Below are positions 34,010-39,446 of a stretch of 39,446 nucleotides of DNA, piece after piece. Position 1 is the first letter of the stretch; each line of letters begins with the position of its first letter. The stretch is from IMG/VR virus record IMGVR_UViG_3300045988_067321, positions 1 to 39,446 of that record, one strand, 5' to 3'. The translations under genes and the position numbers were made by a program. Origin of the DNA: a virus. The notes beneath the pieces were generated by a model. It searched no databases, had not been told where the DNA came from, and was given only the letters and a program-made list of their open reading frames with translations.

Positions 34010-34046
34010 TTCTATTTCCTCGCTTTCGTTTGTTCCTTATATTGAC

Positions 34047-34075
34047 ATTATAGTCACTTAAATTTACTTTGTCAA
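34047..34075 (-). promoter_or_regulatory. Early (lytic) promoter.
   Basis: Minus strand TTGACA-17 nt-TATAAT, a perfect consensus. Confidence 0.75.
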
Positions 34076-34106
34076 TACATTTTTGTCACTTTACGGAACT
34101 TTTTTC

Positions 34107-34135
34107 TTGACTTTATGATTCTTACAATATATAAT
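34107..34135 (+). promoter_or_regulatory. Promoter of the CI-like repressor gene.
   Basis: TTGACT-17 nt-TATAAT, 25 nt upstream of ATG 34161. GTCACTT repeats at 34053 and 34085 are candidate operators. Confidence 0.7.
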
Positions 34136-34160
34136 GGAAACATAGAAAGGCGGTGAGAAC

Positions 34161-34541
34161 ATGACAGCCGGAGAAAGAGTGAAACAAATTCGAAAAGAAA
34201 AAGAATTGACATTAGAAAAATTCGGCGAAAAAGTTGGTGTCACAAAGCAAACAATAAGTAGAATTGAAAACGGTATTAATTCATTAACAGAACAGATGAT
34301 TCTTTCTATATGTAGAGAATTTTCCGTCAACGAAGAATGGCTAAGGAATGGCGTAGGCGAACCGTACATACATATAACGCCTCACGAGAAAGCTTATAAC
34401 CGTTTCGGTTACATAATGGAGAACTCTTCTCCATCAAAAAAAGCAGCTCTTTCTATATTATTAGAACTGCTTTACAGTGTCCCTGACGATCAGTGGGACA
34501 TGATTATGGAACAATATAATGAAATTAAAAAAGAAGGCTAA
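34161..34541 (+). CDS. CI-like XRE-family repressor (126 aa, no peptidase domain).
   Basis: ERVKQIRKEKELTLEKFGEKVGVTKQTISRIENG. Divergent from the early promoter. Confidence 0.75.
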   Translation: MTAGERVKQIRKEKELTLEKFGEKVGVTKQTISRIENGINSLTEQMILSICREFSVNEEWLRNGVGEPYIHITPHEKAYNRFGYIMENSSPSKKAALSILLELLYSVPDDQWDMIMEQYNEIKKEG

Positions 34542-34651
34542 ATAGCCTTCCCGAGCACTCCACGAATTAAGTGGTAGATTTTAAGAATCTGAGTGTCTTC
34601 TAATTTGTCAATTAATTCGTGTAAGTGTTTTCTGATTTCTGTTGTATCCAT
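34538..34651 (-). CDS. Hypothetical 37-aa helical protein. Not in the ORF track.
   Basis: GGAGGGA RBS. Has its own TTGAAA-17-TAATAT promoter (34703-34731, minus). Overlaps the cI-like stop codon. Confidence 0.45.
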   Translation of the reverse strand: MDTTEIRKHLHELIDKLEDTQILKIYHLIRGVLGKAI

Positions 34652-34851
34652 TATGTATCCCTCCGCGCTTTTCCGAACAAGCATTCGAAATTCCTTATTG
34701 AAATATTACTACACTTCAAAAAATATTTCAATAGATTTTCCGAACATTTGTTCTGTTTTTTTAAAGGAAAATTTTTCCTTTCTATATAAGTAAACAAAGC
34801 AACGTGGGGAAACTTATGCGAAACATGGAAATCGTCCCAGATCTGGGACAC
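34652..34851. promoter_or_regulatory. Repeat- and palindrome-dense regulatory spacer, probably non-coding.
   Basis: Direct repeats TTTTCCGAACA (34669, 34736) flank a minus-strand promoter. A 19-bp palindrome lies at 34763-34781 and a 16-bp palindrome GTCCCAGATCTGGGAC at 34834-34849. Confidence 0.55.
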
Positions 34852-35049
34852 TTATTTGTATGGAGAATCGATAAGGTCGAAAATTCGCACCTTTAAGCCT
34901 TTGGCAAGAATTTCCAGTGTATCCGCCGATGGTGATACTGTACCGTTTGCAATGCGGCTGATCGTAGACTTGGATATGCCAGTCATAATTGAAACTTGCC
35001 GGGTAGATAGGTTTTTGTTTAGCATGATCTTATCGAGTAATATCTTCAT
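34852..35049 (-). CDS. Small XRE-family HTH regulator (65 aa).
   Basis: LSTRQVSIMTGISKSTISRIANG. Confidence 0.75.
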   Translation of the reverse strand: MKILLDKIMLNKNLSTRQVSIMTGISKSTISRIANGTVSPSADTLEILAKGLKVRIFDLIDSPYK

Positions 35050-35175
35050 ATTGCAATTATAAAATACAAAACATTACAGGTATACTGGTAAAAAATGGAA
35101 AAGATATAGATGCTTCGGCGTTTATATAGATGTGGCGTACAAAAAAGAAAAATTGCAGGGGAAAGAGAGGAAAAA

Positions 35176-35946
35176 ATGGAAGAAAACAATTTAAACGCGC
35201 AAGAAAACATGGGGGAACTTAATGCAAATATGACACAGCCACCCAAACGTGACCACAAAAAAGCATGGAAAATTACGAGAATCGTACTGGAAATTATAGT
35301 TTCTGTATTATTTTTGTTATTTTTCTTTACGGCAGGAAGCGTGCAGTCAAACTATGAATATCTAGAGAAAAACTATAACAAGCTAGCAAAAGAATATGAT
35401 GCAGTTGTGGCTAATTACACCGCCCTTGAAAAAGAATATAGCTCATACAAGAAAGAAATGGAACCGTTTGAAGAAATGACGGCTGCTCAGGCTGAAGCTG
35501 ATAAATTGAAAGCTGAGCAAGAAAAGAAAGCTATTGAGGAAGCGGAAGCACAGAAAAAAGCTACCGAAGAAGCTGAGGCTCAAAAGAAAGCCGCTGAAGC
35601 TGAGGCTGCTCGAAAAGCTGAAGAAGCCAAAGGTTACGAAACTGGAATCACTTACGATCAGTTAGCGCGTACTCCAGACGATTTTATGGGTAAAAAAGTA
35701 AAATTTTATGGGAAAGTCGTGCAAGTTATAGAGAACGGAACGAGCGTCCAGATACGACTTGCAGTGGATGATAATTATGATACCATACTTCTAGGTGAGT
35801 ACGACAGCTCCATTGTTTCGTCAAGAGTTTTAGATGATGACCTTATAACAATTTACGGAACTTCCGTAGGAACAATAAGTTATCAATCTACCATGGGTGG
35901 CACAATTACGATACCAGGTGTTATGATAGATAAAATAGATCAATAA
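35176..35946 (+). CDS. Membrane-anchored protein with an Ala/Glu/Lys coiled coil and a C-terminal beta-rich domain. Candidate lysogenic-conversion or exclusion factor.
   Basis: One TM segment (ITRIVLEIIVSVLFLLFFF), AEAQKKA repeats. GAGAGGAAAAA RBS before ATG 35176. Adjacent to int. Confidence 0.6.
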   Translation: MEENNLNAQENMGELNANMTQPPKRDHKKAWKITRIVLEIIVSVLFLLFFFTAGSVQSNYEYLEKNYNKLAKEYDAVVANYTALEKEYSSYKKEMEPFEEMTAAQAEADKLKAEQEKKAIEEAEAQKKATEEAEAQKKAAEAEAARKAEEAKGYETGITYDQLARTPDDFMGKKVKFYGKVVQVIENGTSVQIRLAVDDNYDTILLGEYDSSIVSSRVLDDDLITIYGTSVGTISYQSTMGGTITIPGVMIDKIDQ

Positions 35947-36110
35947 TAAAATGAAAAACCGCCCCTGCGCCAACAGGAACGGCTTAATATACACCCGAAG
36001 ATGTACAGTTATCTAGCAAATATATTGTATCATCTTCGAAACAGTTTAACAATCAGAACATGCATTCTTTTTGTTGGCTGTTATTTTTATACCATAAAGG
36101 AGATGAATCT

Positions 36111-37265
36111 ATGCCAAAGAGAAAGAAACACCCCAAATTGCCAAACGGATATGGCTCAATTAAGTACCTCGGAAAGAATCGTCGGAATCCTTATGCCGTA
36201 CATCCACCAGTTACCGATTACACAGATGAGGGGGTCCCGATTACTCCAAAAGCCTTGTGCTATGTAGACGACTGGATGAAAGGCTTTATCGTGTTGACAT
36301 CTTATAGAGCTGGAACATATACAAAAGGAGATGAAAGGGACTTATCTTTGCCAGACGACCATAAAAGCCTTGAGATCATCGCGCAGCGCTTACTGTCTGA
36401 CTATAACAAAGCACAAGGAATTGTGGAAGAGGAAAAGGAGCCGGAAAAGACTTTTGCAGAAGTGTATAAGGATTTCTGGAAGTACAAATTTGAAAATGAA
36501 AAAGGAAAGAAATTATCCGAATCAAGTAAACGATCAATTCAGGCAGCCTTTAAAAATGTCTCAGATCTCCACGATCGCCCTTTTAGAGATCTGAGACATG
36601 ATGATCTGCAATCTGTCGTAGATAACTGCCCTCTAAAACACTCCTCTTTGGAGCTGATCGTACATCTGTTTAGGCAAATGTATGCTTACGCAGACATCTA
36701 TGAGTTATGCGATAAGGACTACTCTGCACATGTAAAAATTAACAAAGAGGACGACGATGAAAGTGGTGTTCCGTTTACCGATAGCGATCTTAAGATATTA
36801 TGGAATCACAAAGATGATGAGATTGTAGAGTTTATTTTGATTATGTGTTATTCTGGCTTTCGTATTAAAGCATATAAGACACTGGAAATAAATATGAGAG
36901 AGAAATATTTTAAGGGTGGCGTGAAAACAAAGGCCGGGAAAGACCGCATTGTTCCAATCCACTCTGCCATCTTAAAATTAGTAGAAAACAGGCTCTCCAG
37001 TCATGGTGTTTTACTTTCTGGAACCCTTCAAATTTTTAGGAATAACATGTATAAAAAGCTTTCTGAATTAGGAATTGAGAAACATACACCACATGATTGT
37101 CGACATACCTTTTCCATGCTATGCGAAAAATACGGTGTAAACGAAAATGACCGTAAGCGATTGATTGGCCACAGCTTTGGCAGTGACATCACCAATTCGC
37201 TTTATGGGCACCGTACCGTCGAGGACTTGAGAAGCGAGATTGAGAAAATAAAAGTTTGTTACTAA
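36111..37265 (+). CDS. int: Tyrosine integrase.
   Basis: HDCRHTF and LIGHS...SLYGHRT catalytic-region motifs. AAAGGAGA RBS before ATG 36111. Confidence 0.9.
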   Translation: MPKRKKHPKLPNGYGSIKYLGKNRRNPYAVHPPVTDYTDEGVPITPKALCYVDDWMKGFIVLTSYRAGTYTKGDERDLSLPDDHKSLEIIAQRLLSDYNKAQGIVEEEKEPEKTFAEVYKDFWKYKFENEKGKKLSESSKRSIQAAFKNVSDLHDRPFRDLRHDDLQSVVDNCPLKHSSLELIVHLFRQMYAYADIYELCDKDYSAHVKINKEDDDESGVPFTDSDLKILWNHKDDEIVEFILIMCYSGFRIKAYKTLEINMREKYFKGGVKTKAGKDRIVPIHSAILKLVENRLSSHGVLLSGTLQIFRNNMYKKLSELGIEKHTPHDCRHTFSMLCEKYGVNENDRKRLIGHSFGSDITNSLYGHRTVEDLRSEIEKIKVCY

Positions 37266-37476
37266 TTTGTTACTAACGGAACCGTATTATCTCTATTTTT
37301 ATTTGCTCTATTCCGACTAACTAAACAGTCGAAAAACGGCTTAAAATCAACGTTTTTCATCACTTTCATTGATTTTAAGCCATTCCTTTTAAATACTTCT
37401 ATTTTAATATTTTATTAAAAGTATATAACGATTTTAGTGGGTTTTCAAGCATTTTTGTTACTAACGTGTTACTAAC
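37255..37476. promoter_or_regulatory. attP region with arm-type integrase binding repeats.
   Basis: TTTGTTACTAA in tandem at 37255 and 37266, (T/G)TGTTACTAAC in tandem at 37454 and 37466. A 12-bp inverted repeat GGCTTAAAATCA/TGATTTTAAGCC lies at 37338 and 37370. Confidence 0.6.
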
Positions 37477-37511
37477 GCGTTTAAATTAAGATGATACAAT
37501 ATATTCTTTTT

Positions 37512-37541
37512 CGCCCTCTCTTTCTGGGAGGGTGATTTTTT
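37512..37541 (+). terminator. Rho-independent terminator downstream of int/attP.
   Basis: CGCCCTC-TCTTTCTG-GAGGGTG followed by ATTTTTT. Confidence 0.6.
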
Positions 37542-37562
37542 AAATTATTTTTCATTTTCCTA

Positions 37563-37591
37563 TTGACTTTACGCCAATATTGGCGTATAAT
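37563..37591 (+). promoter_or_regulatory. Consensus promoter of the accessory cassette, with an operator palindrome in the spacer.
   Basis: TTGACT-17 nt-TATAAT. The spacer contains the perfect 16-bp palindrome ACGCCAATATTGGCGT (37571-37586). Confidence 0.75.
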
Positions 37592-37625
37592 AAGTTCATA
37601 AGATAAAGCAAAGGAGATACGAAAG

Positions 37626-37644
37626 ATGAAAAAATACAACTTAT
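37626..37644 (+). other. Orphaned 5' end (RBS, ATG and 6.3 codons, MKKYNL) of the gene continued at base 120.
   Basis: AAGGAGA lies 8 nt before ATG 37626. Joining 37644 to 120 gives ...TTA TCA AAC ATT ATG..., in frame with 113-565. Confidence 0.65.
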
Positions 37645-37660
37645 CCAATGTGTCGTAAAA

Positions 37661-37681
37661 CCCCTTGCTTTAGCTATGGGG
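37661..37681 (+). promoter_or_regulatory. IS left-end subterminal hairpin (TnpA recognition).
   Basis: CCCCTTGCTTTAGCTATGGGG. Differs from the RE copy by a compensatory pair (T:A versus C:G) and shares a bulged T. Confidence 0.7.
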
Positions 37682-37738
37682 ATATAAGACACTTCCATCG
37701 AATTTACGCAAGTAATTGAAGATGGAACAAAAATACTC

Positions 37739-37767
37739 TTGTATTAGATTTTGAAATGGTATATAAT
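37739..37767 (+). promoter_or_regulatory. Putative tnpA promoter. It would give a leaderless or near-leaderless mRNA.
   Basis: TTGTAT-17 nt-TATAAT, with the -10 ending 6 nt before ATG 37774. Confidence 0.4.
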
Positions 37768-37773
37768 ACACAT

Positions 37774-38196
37774 ATGAATATTGCATATAAATCTAATAAT
37801 AATATAGTCTATTCTTGCAAATACCATGTTGTGTGGTGTCCTAAGTATAGACGCAAAATTTTAACAAATGGAATAGATACCCGATTAAAGGAACTTCTTC
37901 TTGAGTATGCTGCAAATATTTCTGTAGACATCATGGAAATGGAAATCATGCCAGACCATGTACACATACTCATGGAGGTAGACCCTCAGTTCGGTATTCA
38001 CAAAGCGGTTAAATCATTAAAAGGATATACTTCAAAAGTTTTGAGAAATGAATATCCATCATTGAAAACAAGAATGCCGTCACTGTGGACCAACAGCTAT
38101 TTTGTATCAACGGTTGGTGGTGCTCCGCTTGATGTAATCAAGCAGTATATCGAAAATCAGAAAACATCGCAAAGACAAAAGGATAAACTGGGATAA
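37774..38196 (+). CDS. tnpA: IS200/IS605 Y1 (HUH) transposase TnpA.
   Basis: YSCKYHVVWCPKYRRKIL, HUH motif PDHVHIL, catalytic Tyr in WTNSYFVSTVGG. ATG 37756 lies inside the putative promoter, so 37774 is preferred. Confidence 0.85.
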   Translation: MNIAYKSNNNIVYSCKYHVVWCPKYRRKILTNGIDTRLKELLLEYAANISVDIMEMEIMPDHVHILMEVDPQFGIHKAVKSLKGYTSKVLRNEYPSLKTRMPSLWTNSYFVSTVGGAPLDVIKQYIENQKTSQRQKDKLG

Positions 38197-39293
38197 TGCA
38201 AAAAGGTATCAAATTTAGAATCTACCCGAATAGGGAACAGCAAAATTTAATCAATCAGACACTTGGCTGTTGCAGACTCATCTACAACAAAGGACTTGCT
38301 ATGCGTAATGAAGCCTATGAGAATGGCAATAAAATTGGCTATGCTCAGACTTCGGCTATGCTGACCGAGCTTAAAAAGTGTGAAGATTTTGCATTTCTTA
38401 AAGTGGTAGATTCTATTGCGTTACAGCAGTCTTTACGTGATTTGGACAGAGGTTTTGTGAACTTTTTTCAGAAACGTGCTGCACACCCAATATTTAAGAG
38501 TAAACATAACCGCCACCAGTCCTACAGAACGATCAATCAAGGTGACAATATCCGCATTGCAGGAAAATATTTAAAACTTCCAAAACTGGGATATGTGAAA
38601 GTTCGTCAGTCGATGGAAATTGGAAAAATCCATAATGTAACCATTGAACATACTCCAACAGGCAAGTATTTTGCAGTGCTGAATGTGGAATTTGAACCAC
38701 AACCAATGCCTAATAAGGGCGGTATGATAGGTATTGATGTAGGTATAAAAGAATTCTATTCCGACAGCAACGGAAATGTTGTGGCAAATCCCAAATATCT
38801 TGAGAAGTCCATGCGTAAGCTTGTGCGTGAACAGCGTAAACTGTCACGCAAACAAAAAGGCTCAAACAATCGTAATAAACAACGTGTAAAAGTTGCTTTA
38901 GTCCACGAAAAGATTACTAATCAGAGAAACGATTTTTTACAAAAGCAATCAACTATACTGATTCGTGAAAACCAAACAATCTGCATAGAAGATTTGAAAG
39001 TAAAAAATATGATGCGTAATCATAAACTGGCACAACACATAGGTTCTGCGTCGTGGAGTAAGTTTTTTGATATGCTTGCATATAAGGCTGTCTGGTATGG
39101 GAATGATGTTGTAAAAGTACCGACTATGTATCCAAGCAGTCAGACATGTTCTTGTTGTGGATATAAGAATCCACTGGTAAAAAATCTGACAGTTCGTATA
39201 TGGGAATGTCCAGACTGTCATACAGTGCATAACAGAGATAGCAATGCAAGCATAAACATCTTGAATAAAGGACTGCAAATGCAGTCAGCATAA
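38196..39293 (+). CDS. tnpB: TnpB RNA-guided nuclease (OrfB_IS605 plus Zn ribbon).
   Basis: RuvC triad candidates IGIDVG, ICIEDL, HNRDSNASINI. Zn ribbon CSCCG...CPDC. The start overlaps the tnpA stop (TAATG). Confidence 0.9.
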   Translation: MQKGIKFRIYPNREQQNLINQTLGCCRLIYNKGLAMRNEAYENGNKIGYAQTSAMLTELKKCEDFAFLKVVDSIALQQSLRDLDRGFVNFFQKRAAHPIFKSKHNRHQSYRTINQGDNIRIAGKYLKLPKLGYVKVRQSMEIGKIHNVTIEHTPTGKYFAVLNVEFEPQPMPNKGGMIGIDVGIKEFYSDSNGNVVANPKYLEKSMRKLVREQRKLSRKQKGSNNRNKQRVKVALVHEKITNQRNDFLQKQSTILIRENQTICIEDLKVKNMMRNHKLAQHIGSASWSKFFDMLAYKAVWYGNDVVKVPTMYPSSQTCSCCGYKNPLVKNLTVRIWECPDCHTVHNRDSNASINILNKGLQMQSA

Positions 39294-39327
39294 ATATATA
39301 TATAAGACTGCACCGTAGGGCATACGG

Positions 39328-39446
39328 GAACAGTATAATCTAGCTTGTGGACACTGTGTAAGACATTGAAATACCGCATGGTATCATCTCCAATGCAGTA
39401 GTGGTTGAAGCAAGAATCCCCCTGCTTTAGCTGTGGGGAGTGTCAA
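39328..39446 (+). repeat. Terminal direct repeat, the partner of 1-119.
   Basis: Identical to 1-119. Confidence 0.9.
39418..39438 (+). promoter_or_regulatory. IS right-end subterminal hairpin (the same sequence as 91-111).
   Basis: CCCCCTGCTTTAGCTGTGGGG followed by AGTG TCAA. Confidence 0.7.

Larger units (their letters stand above)
37645..39446 (+). mobile_element. IS200/IS605-family insertion sequence (1802 bp): LE hairpin, tnpA, tnpB, omegaRNA/RE.
   Basis: Y1 HUH transposase plus TnpB. Subterminal 21-nt hairpins at both ends. TTAT lies immediately 5' of the LE and the RE ends in TCAA. No target duplication, as expected. Confidence 0.85.
39250..39446 (+). ncRNA. Predicted omegaRNA (reRNA) scaffold. 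The 5' end is uncertain and the guide continues at base 120 after closure.
   Basis: 153 nt between the tnpB stop and the RE end, plus the 3' end of tnpB. This is the canonical location for TnpB guide RNAs. Confidence 0.45.

Noticed and set aside
34651-34851. 66-aa ORF from the track, downstream of the small XRE gene.
   Set aside because: The region is AT-rich and filled with palindromes, direct repeats and a promoter. It has no RBS and a low-complexity translation. It is treated as regulatory DNA.
35950-35985. GC-rich imperfect hairpin after the membrane-protein gene, considered as a terminator.
   Set aside because: The stem is interrupted (3 bp plus 4 bp), and the T-tract lies on the wrong side for the plus-strand gene.

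Overview
The window is a complete genome of a temperate siphovirus-type phage, apparently from a low-GC Gram-positive (Clostridia-like) host. Bases 1-119 are identical to 39328-39446, so the sequence closes on itself with a unique length of 39327 bp. About 30 kb lies on the minus strand in standard modular order. The early/replication module (33.0-24.1 kb) holds Rha-antirepressor, a Rad52-like annealing protein, NinB-like protein, a PD-(D/E)XK resolvase, the replisome organizer with internal iterons, a DnaC-like loader and two DNA methyltransferases. Next come a late regulator and a structured 0.5 kb leader carrying tRNA-Trp. The packaging and head module (22.7-13.4 kb) holds TerS, TerL, portal, MuF-like protein, GP20 scaffold and the major capsid protein. 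The tail module (13.4-3.0 kb) holds the major tail protein, Gp15 chaperone, a 1342-aa tape measure, Dit and a Gp37-like protein, followed by holin and amidase endolysin. The lysogeny module (33.8-37.5 kb) has divergent consensus promoters, a CI-like XRE repressor, a second small XRE regulator, a membrane-anchored protein, a tyrosine integrase and attP with two tandem pairs of arm repeats. The most notable feature is an intact IS200/IS605 element (TnpA, TnpB, omegaRNA region; 37645-39446, running into 1-119). It sits inside codon 7 of the first gene of an unrecognisable three-gene plus-strand cassette (128-1344). That cassette has a consensus promoter whose spacer is filled by a perfect palindromic operator. 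Other points are: a C5-methyltransferase with an in-frame TAG at a conserved Trp and an A6 frameshift; a conserved stem-loop element after both the capsid and tail-tube genes; and a tail-fibre-like cassette with its own terminator inside the head module. All functional calls come from reading motifs and gene order by eye; no database search was run.
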